Source: Haliotis rubra
Lineage: Eukaryota
Length of the DNA stretch: 64,000 nt
NCBI RefSeq assembly: GCF_003918875.1
Contig: NW_025766447.1
Coordinates: 2,418,001-2,482,000, forward strand
Direction of reading: 5' to 3'
The position numbers were made by a program, and so were the translations under genes. The notes below the pieces were generated by a model, which saw only the letters and a program-made list of their open reading frames with translations, was not told the origin of the DNA and did no database searches. Of the stretch, positions 13,101 to 25,000 are shown one piece after another. Position 1 is the first letter of the stretch. Every line of letters starts with the position of its first letter.

Positions 13101-16100
13101 GATACTGTTTTAAAACATTCTCAAATGATTGATAAGGGTTCACTGACCTCAGTTGAGAGGAAGGAAGACTTGCCATCTCCTTCTGGAGGGACGAAGGGTT
13201 CAAATATGGCAGCTGCAACAACACCACCAAAATATCATCTCCTTGAGTGAGTTGAGGGGATGGGGTAGAGAGGGGAGGGGGTGTTGTCAGAAGAGAAGTT
13301 TTGTAGAACAAACCCACTGAAATATGCAGGAGCAGGTTAACAAGGATACCCCACTCAGACACAGTATTCTGACTTGGTGACTTTCAAGTTCCATCTTTTG
13401 GTATGATTTTAGCACACACCTTTCACTCTCAAGGCAGGTGCTTTAATCACCAGGGAGTCAGCTTTTATGCCAATATTAGCAATATTCCAGCAATATCACA
13501 GCTATGGACACCAGAAATGGGCTTCACACATTCAGCGTGACAACCAAACACTTGAACCAATACTTTTCCCCACTGCCCCACTTTAAACATCAGACTATGG
13601 GGTGTGGTATCCCTACATGTTAAACAGAGGTCGGTACTGTCTCATATGCCATTACTTGATAGATACTACTGAAATGATGGTGACGATCAGTGACAATAAC
13701 ATTCCCTCAACTTCTCTACAATCACAAACATTTGACATTTTGTCTGTTCATTGAGAAACTGATCTGTTGGCATTGACTAAAAATCAACTTCTTTATCATA
13801 TGATAATTAGAGATGCATACATAAAATAGAGATTAACAAAAAAGAACATTGTAGTTAATCCCTTTCAGGCATACCATCGTGTTGTTAATCTAGAGATATA
13901 TAAATCTGTTCTGTGATGTAGTACTTCACTCTTGCTTGACAAATGAATAATAACTATAGCAATATGTCGTATAATGTAGAAGATGAAATCCATAAAGTAT
14001 CTTATATTTCTCATTCAGAAGTTCTCATAGAAGATTTTAATCATGTGCTTTAAACAACTGCATTAGTGATAGTGTGTTTCTCTCTTGGCGTACTGTGTGC
14101 ACATGCATCACTGTTCATGCTTGATGTGAAATTTCATTTTGTCATTTGACAAATGGTTTGTAAATGTAAACCTCAATGATAGCTACATACAAATCATTAG
14201 TCCCATTATTTTTGGTCAGCAGTATAGTTTAAACTGATAACGCTCACTGAAGAGTCATACACTGTGTACTGTCACACAGGTTATTTTCAATTATGTAATG
14301 AGTTAAATATATTGTTGTTATATGTAAAATTATAAAGATTTGACGGATAATATATTTTGTCATATTTTATAAAGTAACTTCATTACAGTAAGACTGTTGA
14401 AAGAGTGTAAAGGATGCAAGATTGTGGCTGTCAACATGGATTTCGAATCTGAGACAAGGGAGGTAATCACAAGGAAAATTGAATAATACAATATTTCTCA
14501 CTGAATTTGAAACAGTCTACCTCATGATACCACAGGCCCTCATGTCTTTGTGAGGATTAATGATTAAAAAAATATTGTTTTTGAGATGACCCCCGACTCG
14601 AAATGCTTCACAGTACAATACATCATGACAAGGCCGGACACTTCAGTGCACCCCACCCGACTGCTTTGCCGATCGCTATACTACCATCGCATGCAATCAA
14701 TTGAAACTTAATGGACACATAACCATGGATGATTGGCCTATTGAGCACCACTCATGACACCTACCAATTCTTTATTGTAATTTCTGCAAGTCGATTGAAA
14801 CCCGATTTTGACTCTCAACTAAACGATCTTGACACAAATGGCTGGCGATATATCTGTACAAAACGGGGGTGTGGTCGAAGCAAGGGGGTCATCTCAATTT
14901 TTTTTATCTATTTCATAAAATCTTTAATCCTCTCAAAGACATGAGGGCCTGTGCATGATACTGGACATAACTTGTTGGGGGCAAGTCCCAGTCATAGTGT
15001 AAGGGAGGTAACTCACATGTGCAGCTAATATTGATGGGTCTCTCTTGAAATATTCGTGGTGGTGGAATTTTGTCTTCCTTCATTTGTTTGTGCTTCTCAT
15101 CAGCCGACATGTTCCGATCTTTCATCACCTTTCCATAGTCTGGCAAGTCAATCTGAATAAACAGCCATAAAAGTCAGTCATTTTCAAACAGACATATGTG
15201 CAAGGTTAATTAAAAAACAACATGTGTGTATGGTTCAATAAAAACATCAGACATATTTGCAAAGCCATTCCAACACAACAGATGTGTTTGTAAGATCGTT
15301 CCAGATCATTATCAAAAGCATGTCTGAATTTTCTAAACTTTATCTTGAGAGTTCCATGCAGTGTTTGTAAACTACATGTCATGGACATGCATGAGAGCTC
15401 CGTACAATGTGTCAGTATGTAGAACCTATCATTGACAGCGAGAGTGAGTGAGTGAGTGACTATGGTTTTACATCACTTTTAAACTTTTTAGCAGTATTCC
15501 AGCAATATCACAGCAGGGGATATGGGCTTCACAAATTGTACCCATGTGGAAAACTGAAGGCAGGTCTTCAGCGTCTCGAGCGAATGCTTTAACCTTTAGG
15601 CTACCCAACCGCCCCTGGCCAGTGAGACTGAGAGCTCAGTGCAGTGTTTCAGTGTTAGTCTCAGCGGGGCTTGGAGCAACCAGCCTCACCTTCATAACCT
15701 TCTTCCTCCGGAGTTTCCGAAACTTTGGGTTGAAGTGTTTGCTTGACGGGTATCGCACCTGTAGTACACACACGGCTGGAGCACACTGGGATATGACAGG
15801 CACAGAACATCTTGATACCACTTGACAGCTTAAGATTTTCTGAAAAGAAAACCAAACTAATATGAGTATGTGGGCTCTAAAAAGATATCAAGTCTGATAC
15901 TGGAGCAGATGACATAGGCTTTTAATAGATACTGAACACTTACTACTAAAACCTAAAAATTGCATTGTGCAGAACATCTACGTAACATCAGTGCAAAACT
16001 GTAATGGTGGCAATGACACTTCTCGAAATTATAAAGACTCTAAAGATTTCTTATCCAATGATTCAAGGGAAAATGTTTCTGGATAACCTGTCCTGACAAA

Positions 16101-16615
16101 TAACTCTACGAAACGACGAGCCATTAGAGATCAGTGAAGCGATCCAACATGTTTTTTTACATATATCAATTTCTTATCATACTATTATTGGGCAGCAGGT
16201 GGCGAATGAGTTAAAGGTGCGTAACCCTGAGGATCCTTTTATCCTTTTTAAGGGGTGACCTTCCCAAAGCTCAAACTACGAAAAGCGCACGCTGGGCCAT
16301 TGAAGCGTGGGTTAGAGATCAATAGCAGTATGTAGTTGGATAATATGAAGTCTTGTCACCAGTGGAATATACACCGGTAATAGTTTCAACCGAAAAGAAA
16401 AGGAACGTGCAACAAGTGCAAGAAAACAGGGGTATCTCTACCCATGCTCGCGGCGAGCTGCTCAAGAAATACACGTTTAACAAACAAATAGGAAAGAGAA
16501 AGACACTGATCACAGAACAAAAGCAACACGCTGTAATCATCATAACAAATAGTACACAGATGTCATTGACCTGATGACAGCCGATACGCACGAGTCGGCT
16601 TATGTGCGCGGCCAT
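9602..16615 (-). CDS. MRPL45: Mitochondrial large ribosomal subunit protein mL45 (Tim44-like domain), 8 coding exons, 345 aa
   Basis: Exons (minus): 16571-16615, 15690-15839, 15017-15152, 13148-13212, 12745-12896, 12266-12320, 10209-10358, 9602-9886. All introns GT-AG with matching phases; total 1038 nt. Motifs [84 protein letters not shown] match mL45. N-terminus resembles a mitochondrial presequence. Confidence 0.95.
10066..10190. repeat. (CA)n microsatellites
   Basis: Two CA runs just downstream of an MRPL45 donor. Confidence 0.95.
11217..11385 (-). mobile_element. tRNA-headed SINE, family A
   Basis: On the minus strand: GGGGTAGCCTAGTG (A box)...GGTTCAATTCCCCACATGGGTACAATGTGTGAAGCCC...GAATATTGCTAAAAGC...(ACTC)n. 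AAATTCAAGT direct repeat on both flanks. Confidence 0.85.
11440..11849. mobile_element. hAT-type MITE
   Basis: TAGTG...CACTA termini; 8-bp TSD GAGTATAC / GCGTATAC (7 of 8 match). Confidence 0.6.
12348..12565 (-). mobile_element. SINE-like element, family B
   Basis: Shares CAGCAATATTCCAGCTATATGGCGGC...CCCGTTAGTCGCCTCTTATGACAAGCATGG with the other copies. More degenerate copies lie near 1490-1660, 2650-2800, 5950-6125, 17060-17170 and 35050-35215. Confidence 0.8.
14531..14953. mobile_element. hAT-type MITE
   Basis: TIRs of about 30 bp (CACAGGCCCTCATGTCTTTG(T/A)GAGGATTAA) and a perfect 8-bp TSD CATGATAC (14523-14530, 14954-14961). Confidence 0.85.
15440..15615 (-). mobile_element. Family A SINE in an MRPL45 intron
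   Basis: (GAGT)n tail, conserved core and tRNA-like head. Other partial copies near 72-187, 4808-4891, 11991-12155, 13455-13580, 25258-25360, 43966-44100 and 51786-51875. Confidence 0.8.
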
Positions 16616-17600
16616 TTTGCGGGGTCAACTACGCGTCACGTGACTAGCCAGCCCCAGTGGCCGTGATACATTTACCCTAAGAACGAACTTCTATGTCATC
16701 GACTGAATGTCATACATTTACTTTCATATTAAATGTCCATTTCTTTCCTTACATTTTCAGAGAAACAAATCCGTCATACAGCCTTGTGTTACATTGCCAC
16801 CTCGATGCAAGTCGAGTAGCCTAACTATCATTGTTCACGATGCAGTATGTATAAATACGTTTCTCGGACTAATTTTGAAGTTAAGCAATGGTTATTCTGT
16901 GAAAGAAGTAAACGTGTGTTCATACCTATCTACCTATCCACCTACCTATAAACACACAACCACTTCTTAACTACCTTTTTGACCGAACGTAGAATGTGGG
17001 TAACTTGATACTTTTGTGTATACATGTTTCAGTTATAAAAGGTAACCTATAATGTGAGGTGTTGATCACTGATCAGTATATCACTCACTGGTTTGCCTGA
17101 CCCAGGCTTGATTATACATGTATACAGGCCGTACAGGAATATTCCCGACTGCAGCGTCAAACGGCAATTTCATGAAGCATAAATGTTTGTTTTTTTCCAA
17201 ATCTGTCACCCTGACCTTCAGTACAACTACTGAAACCTCTCAAGCATATTCAAAATGTGGCCTGAAACATTACATAAAACCTTGCGAACGAATGACTCAA
17301 CTTTGATCAATCATCATAAATCAATATGACATATTTACTTGTAGATGATATTAATATATTTTCCGATTGTTTGTTTAGTTTAACATTTGCGCTATTTTAG
17401 ATCTACAAACAAAACAATAACCTTCGTTTTCTTTGAACAATGGTGTGTGAGAGGTACGAGAGTTGTGCAGCGCTTTCATTTAATTCATCAGGATGTTATG
17501 CATCGATATTACGGTAGGTGATAAGTTGTCGGGGGGTAGCATCTGTGGCACCGATTCATCACGAGAACTTGCGCGACGCTGCGAGATTTGCCCTTAAACC
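16608..17600. promoter_or_regulatory. Divergent promoter region between MRPL45 and BZW
   Basis: Genes are head-to-head about 1 kb apart. YY1-type CAAAATGGCCGC (minus) overlaps the MRPL45 ATG at 16608-16619; palindromic E-box GTCACGTGAC at 16635-16644; CpG-rich patches at both ends. Confidence 0.6.
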
Positions 17601-17632
17601 GATTTTTGTCCAAAGGAAAGGCTGTATTGAAC
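17560..17632 (+). other. Probable non-coding first exon of BZW
   Basis: CpG-rich segment ending in a strong donor (AAC|gtaagg, gt at 17633), contains no AUG; next acceptor at 19055-19056 precedes the start codon. The 5' boundary is approximate. Confidence 0.55.
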
Positions 17633-19085
17633 GTAAGGAGACTTTCAGTTATCAGTTATGGGTTTATTGTACGATTAATTCACACAAATTTATGTGAGAC
17701 GTTTAGTATATCGACTGTAGTGTAAGATGAATGTGTTTGATTTGTTACATAAGCTTCCTGAATGCGAACATTACTCAACTTGATGCAATGTGCGTGGTTT
17801 CGCGTCATGGCTGCTGGTCCGTAGCCATGTTGTGACTGGAAAGGCAAGAGGTAGAATGTGTTTTAGCGAACCGAGGTCAACGTTTCTTGTAAACATTCAC
17901 AGTGTGATCGCGATTATTCTGTTAATAATGTTACTTCACTTTGAATCATGTTCTCATTAGTTAATTGGCATGGACATATTTAAACTTTTCTGTCTTTTTT
18001 TATGGAAGTTACTGAAAAGAATTAAATTTTTATTACGAAAATAGAACGTTTTTACATATGTGGATGGGATGTTAGAGAGCCTCCACGTTTTTAATTCATA
18101 TTTTGTTACGAACCAATAGAGATTTTGACAGTCACTGGAAATATTTGAAATGTCAAACTGTGAGATTTGACCTCGCAGCTCAGGTATCAGTCATCACTTG
18201 TATATCACTTAACCCAGTGAAAGACGTGAATGGATAATTAGTTTTTGAGATGACAGTAAGACACAAATAGTGATTGTTGACCTTTGTTATTGATCATGTT
18301 ACCATGAACTATTCCAAACTACAGGATATAAATTGCTGATGAAGCATTATTTTCAAAGAGACAATAACAACATGTTAATCACTTTTTTCCATTTGTAAGT
18401 ACACACGATTTGTAAGATTACTTTAGACATGTTAAAGCTAAAAGGCATTTTAAGTAAATCATGTGCAGTCTGTTTTTGAGTGTAGAACCTTGGAAGGGGT
18501 GTGTATGATAACAAAATGTCACTGCCTTTGTGATGTTTAACATCATTAACCAGTCATGGGGTCAGCATGGTCAAGTTAATTAGGCCATAGCAAACAGCTA
18601 ATGCTGTCAAGGCAGTTTGTCTCGGCTGTCACTACCAACAGTCTAATTGAAGGGGGTATCATTTGTCATGTTTGGAGTTTTTTACATTCAGGGGAATCTT
18701 TATATTGCATTGAGTGCTATGAATACACAATGCCATTTGGGTGTGTTATTTGTGAAATATGTCACTAGTGCAAATCCCTATATCATGTATACAGCAATGA
18801 TTGCTTAAGCCTTAATTAAAAATACCAATTTACATTTTCATTTGTTTTACAAATACTAATGTACTGAAGACAAAGAAAATTATGAATATGGAAATCCCAG
18901 TAAATTGTTTAAATGTGAACTATTTTGGCTGAAGTTAAAACCACCATGTTCACTATTGCCGCATGATATTGATAATAAACTCTGATTTATTCCAACAGTT
19001 CTTGATAGGCATGTCTTTGGTTGCTCCTTTTCTAATTTCTGATTATGTTTTAACAGGAAATTATCGGTGTATTTGCAGAAGTTTT

Positions 19086-22000
19086 ATGACTACTAAGGCA
19101 GAAAAACCAACACTATCAGGCACCCGTCTGAAAACCCGGAAAAGGGGTAAGGAATTGCCTTTGATCATCACCATTATTTTGTAATTCAAGATCCAGAATT
19201 ATAATCATAGTAAACCAGATACTATGTCTCTGTCAAAACCCTTCAGACTTTTAACATTTCAGTATATTTTAGTGTTGATATATGGACTATTAATGACAGG
19301 GCTTCCTAGACAGGACAAAATTTTACGTGACAAGGCTTTTGTCTAGTTACTAAAGTCAGTCTTAGTAATTGTTTTTGATGTTGGTGACAAACAATGCTTA
19401 AATTCCTGTGTAGTAAAACATTTTATGTAGAGCTATTAATTATAAGGCAATAGCATATATGCAGGGGGCGAATGCTATTGGAAAATTGGATTGAACACAG
19501 CATTTGGGGTTAAATATTTGTTATTTCCAGTACTTCTGGTTTGTTCAGTTAAGAGCACTTGTCACGCTGAACTCTTCCCATTTCCTTGCCATATCTTTCT
19601 TTATGTATACTATAGGCGAAGAAACTTCTGTGAAACTGTTTATTGGCATTATGATCTTAAAACTTCATATCCCATAATATGCAGACATAACTTTGAACAG
19701 TATCAGGAGCATGTGTGGTGACCGTGATGAGATAGCTTGTCCCAGTTTCTTAAAGTCTCTCTACCCAGGGTTTTAAGCAGTGGTAACCTTTAACCCCTGA
19801 TATTGCTTTTGCATGTGTGATCATATGGTGTGTACACTTTCCAAAGTGGAAACAATAATGAAAGCAGAAGATAGCCATTTTGTACATCATGCAGATTTAT
19901 AATGTCACCAAAAGTTTTATACGAACATTGTTGTTCATCAGATGAAAAAGAAAAGTACGACCCTGCGGCTTTTCGAGACACCATTATCCAAGGGCTTGAT
20001 GAGACTGAAGGAGATTTAGAAAAGGTGAGCATGAAGCAGACAAGCTGTTACTGTTAGATGAATACATGACTCTCCATTGTGTTCTTAGGTAGTTAACTTA
20101 AATGTGTTAGGTTATTGTCATCTCCATCCTGCAGCTTGTAATGTATAACCAGTAATTTATGAGGTTTGTGGGTATGAGTTTGAGGACTTTATAGCCATTA
20201 TTTGTAACATATGACATAGTTTCATCTTGTTCATGTGTGTCTAGGAGTCTTGTCACTGATGTCAGAACACCCATCTACTAGTACTACATCTTTTCATTCT
20301 AGGTTTCTAAGTTTCTTGACATTTCGGGCTCCCGACTCAACTATCGCCGCTACGCTGATGTGCTTTTTGATATTCTCTTTGCTGGTGGACAATTAGGTAA
20401 ATTTCCTTTAAATAATGTATGACAGTGGTTAATAATTGTGAACATTGGTGGTTATAATTTCTCTCATTTTTTGTTTATTTTGACAGTCTTAAATTATGTA
20501 GGTCTTGTGTCTTCACACGTCAAACACGTTTGTGTTGGGGCTGAAGTCTGTAATTTGAAGAAAATACAAATTCGCCGTGAATGGTGGAAATTTTGTATCA
20601 CAAAATATCATCCCTTGATATTGTCTTTTTCTTTACTCATTGAGACATGCCATGTTGGATGACTGTCAAGTTATTGCATACATGTGTAAAGAATTTGCTT
20701 CCTTACATTTCACAGCTCCAGGTGGATTTGTCGTGCAAGATCCTGACCCAGAAAAGCCATCCCGCACCAATGTTTGCGTGTTTTCCACTGAAGAAAACGT
20801 TGAAAAGCAGAAGAGCTTCTATGAGGTCTGTAATGGCATGATATTTATCGTTGTGAATGTTTGTCCACCAGTAGCACCTTGCATTAATGACTTGTTAAAA
20901 TAAACCATGCAGTGATGTGCCAAGATTATACACATCTAATTTCACTGAGTTTTTCATATCACCATGAAGTCCTGAGTCAAGAGCATGAAATTCCCAAAAG
21001 CAACTTTGTTGCCAAGGTCTGTTTCCTGTGTATGGTTATAAACTGCCTCTGTAAGAATAGGAATACACGATTCTTTTATTTCCCTTTACCTGCTGAGTTC
21101 ACTTTGTAGAAGTAATGTTGAAGCATGAAAAAATGTTTGAAATACTGTCATGATTACCTGTAGTTTTCGACCGCCTCCGTGGTGTAGTGGTTAGAACGTC
21201 CGCCTGGAGAGCGGAAAGTCGCGGGTTCGATCCCTGACCACGTCATACCAAAAAGACGATAAAATATGGTACTTGTTGGTCCCTGCCTGGCGCTCGGCAT
21301 TAATGGGTACAACAAGGACTGGTTGGCTTGGAGTCAGTATAATGTGTCTGAGTGGGGTATTCATGCTTCACTGCAGCATGGTATATCAGTGGGCTAGCAC
21401 TGTAAAACCAGCTTCATTCTTGGCTAGTACAAGCAGCCACACATACACACGCATGCACGCATCATGAGTGAAATATTCTCAAGCAGGACGTAAAAACCCA
21501 ATTTCTTCTCACCTCACCTGTGGTTTTCAGGTGTTCTACAAGCTGATTCGTCGCTACAAGTACCTGGAGAAAGCTTTTGAAGACAGTTTGAAGAAGATCC
21601 TTGTGTTCTTGAAAGGCTTCAGTGAGGATGAACGTCGCAAGCTGGCAATCATCACCAGCCTCCTGCTGGCAAATGGGCTGTGCACTGCACGCGTCCTTGC
21701 CAGCCTCTTCGAGGACCACTTGGTCAAGGAGGGTATGTAGTCAGGATCAGACACCCGTGTTGTTTGCCCTCACATGAATTGCCAGTATGGTCATGTTTCA
21801 ATTGATGTTATGACTTTGTAGTGACTGCTGTGTATTTGTATTTTACTGAAAACTGATTAAAAGTATGGTTTTAATGCTTAATTTTACCTATTTTATGCAC
21901 TGTTAAAATCTTTGGGAAAATTCCCACTTTTGAACTTTTTCATTTTCCCTCTCTGTTGTACCCAATGTTCCTGAAAAGGGTACTCTTTTTGTAATCCTAG

Positions 22001-25000
22001 ATTATCATAATATATAGATAATTTTGGTTACAGTATCGTTAGACATGCATTATGGATGCCATTTCAAGATATCTATTTTCATGCGCTGTTTCAGGTCTCT
22101 CTTTGGAATTCTCCACGGTAATGTTTAAAACATGGCTCGGAGAACGAGATTTGAGTTCAGTGTTCTCAACACTGAAGAAATCCCAGATTGACACACGTTT
22201 GATGGTAGGTATTGCATACTTGTCTTCAAGAACTGTTGCAAAATACATGTAATTTGACTTAATCTAATAAGTGAAAATACAAGAGGGATCTGTATCACAC
22301 TGTCAGTGGTGTATGTGTGACAGTTCTTAGCAGTGTTTTTTTCACTTGTTCTAGGAACTGTTTCCCATCAATAAGAGGAATCAAGATGTCTTCTCGGCAT
22401 ATTTCCGGAATGCTGACCTTGCAGTTATTGCCGATATGCAGGTATGTTCTTACATTACTTCATCCATGTAACACTGTAACACCCATTCTATTGCAGTGTC
22501 TGTCTGGAGAAACATTCTTAGACTAAAAGGAAATGTGATATGAATTTAATCCTAAAGTGTTAATTTAACGGGGTATATAGCGTTCATTCTGTCCGTCCGT
22601 CCGTCCGTCCCGAAACTTTGTCCGGAGCATATCTCTTAAAGTTTACATGCTAGGTTCACCAAACTTCACACACATGTTAATCATTACCCATTGATGTGCC
22701 TTTTGCTATTTTAAAGTTTTTTCAGAATTTTGTTTTTTTGCTGTTTCCATGGAAACACGACTTAGTGCCAAATGTGTTTGATGGTTTTGTCCGGAGCATA
22801 TCTCTTAAAGTTTACATGCTAGGTTCACCAAACTTCACACACATGTTAATCATTACCCATTGATGTGCCTTTTGCTATTTTAAAGTTTTTCAGAATTTGT
22901 TTTGTTGTTGTTTCCATGGAAACATGACTTGGTGCAAAATGTGTTTGATGGTTACCTGGCCACAGCATATCATCAAAACTATACATGCTAGGTTCACCAA
23001 ACTTAATACACAAGTTAATCATGACCCACAGATATGCCATGTGCTAAAAATAACAATCTTCATCTACGTCCACTTCATTGTGTGCAACAAGTTCAATTGT
23101 ATGTCAGGTTTCCACGGAAAACACAAAAAAATAATGTTTCCATAAATTATTACTGTAATCAGTACATGGCAAAACTATTATCTAACATGTATATAAAGTT
23201 TAGTAGAGTCAAGGAGAAAGTCTTGTGAGCTGCTGATCCTTGTCACATTATATATATCAATATCAGTCATTTCCATGTCCCAAAGTGGGAAGCGGGGGTA
23301 TGTGAGCTGTGCTCACTTCTACACTTGTTTAACTCATTATTTGATTTATTGTACAGGTAAAGCAGGAAGCTGTAGAGACCAAGAAGAAACTCCAACAGGA
23401 GATGAATGATATGATCCACGAACAGCAGCCAGCAGCTGAGGTAGGTCAAACTTGAACTAAGCCAAACAAGTACTGACTAAACCAAACAAGTAGCAGTTAA
23501 AAAAAATGTGGCGGATGATCCAACAAATGGAATCACAAGTTTCTTGATCCCAAATCTTTGCAACCCATTGAAATGTTTAGTATATGTGAAGAGTGGTTAA
23601 TTTAATAAAATACTGGGGACGCAGATCATCACTCATTAATTTCAACTGTTGTTGATATGGGGTCTAGTTCTCTGAATGGCGATGTCTTAAGTTCTTAAAT
23701 GGCTTTTTATGCTTCTCAAATTGTTACAGATTAGGGCCTACGTCCTTGAAGAGATGCAGAAGAATGGTATCCCAGAGCATGAGGTAGTCATCCTGGTAAG
23801 TATGCTTAACGTGTTGCTGTTTGGGTATCACTTGGTTAAGCCTGTTAGTTATGGCCTGTGAAAAACAGGAAAATAGGTCATTACAGGCTGCACTGTCTAT
23901 TGGGTACGTCAGTGATTGGATGATCCCCTGACCTCTTACCTGAAGATGTTAAGATGTTCTTTGTATCTGTCTCTCCACTTTAACAGGACCACTAAATGGT
24001 GGAAAGTGTTGTCAGACAAGCTGATTTAGATTATTGTGCGTCATTAGACATTTCTCATTTTATCTTTGTTTTTTTGGCTGAATTAACTATTGCTATTAAC
24101 AGGCTACCAAATTAGGGCTGTAACTGTGCATACTGCAGCATAAGTTAACTGGTCCAGCATCTTGGAATTTATGGATGGTGGTTGGCATCTTCACAGTTAC
24201 AGTGAATCTAATTCTCTGTATGATTTCCCTCAGTATATGTAAATGTCTTTGTATTTGACAAGTTTGCATGCTACCAGGGTTTTACATGACGCGTGATTCC
24301 TGCATATTTGATGCAACAATTTTGTAAACGACTCTCAAAATATTATCATAAGAGTCAAGCTTGACGCAAGTTTTATGGGTGGCCCTCACAATTCAGTTCA
24401 ATAAAATCGATTTGATAAGCAAAAAAAGACATTGTTCGAAGTTTGACTTTCACAGAGCTGTCAGATTGTTCCAGAGTACTCAGAGGAGACAGTATTCCTG
24501 GCTGTTTGAATTGAACAATGCTGTAGTTTCATTTGGTGGTGTGACATACACAGTTGCATACTGAGAATGATTAACATAAAAATATCATGACTCCCAAATA
24601 TTGAAAATGACTCCCAAAAATAAATATTGTGAGTCACGATGACTCCCATTTTTAAAAGTCTGTGTAAAACCCTGCGCTACTAGTTTGTCTATGTTTCTGT
24701 GTTATACCTCCAGGTATGGATCATTGTGATGGGCTCTGTTGAGTGGAACAAGAAGGATGAGCTGGTCACAGAGCAGGCCCTGAAACACCTGGCCACATAC
24801 TCTCCTCTCCTGGCTGCAGTATCCAAGTCGGGCAAATCACAGCTGGCACTTATTCTCAGGATCCAGGAATACTGCTACGAAAACATGAACTTCATGAAAT
24901 CCTTCCAGAAGATTGTTGTCCTCTTGTACGATAGTAAGTTCTTGAAGTTTTACCCCCAGCCAGTGTCATGATGGTTTTGTTCACTGGATCACAGATCACC

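Noticed and set aside
20906-20997. Intronic C/D-box snoRNA in BZW (CATGC...GCATG stem, GTGATGT)
   Set aside because: The C box is imperfect and the nearest CTGA is not adjacent to the closing stem.
21171-21245. tRNA gene
   Set aside because: A and B boxes are present, but there is no proper acceptor stem and the sequence continues into a SINE body with a TSD.
23839-23889. Hairpin AGCCTGT...ACAGGCT in a BZW intron
   Set aside because: Short, with no H/ACA boxes or miRNA-like geometry; plausible by chance.
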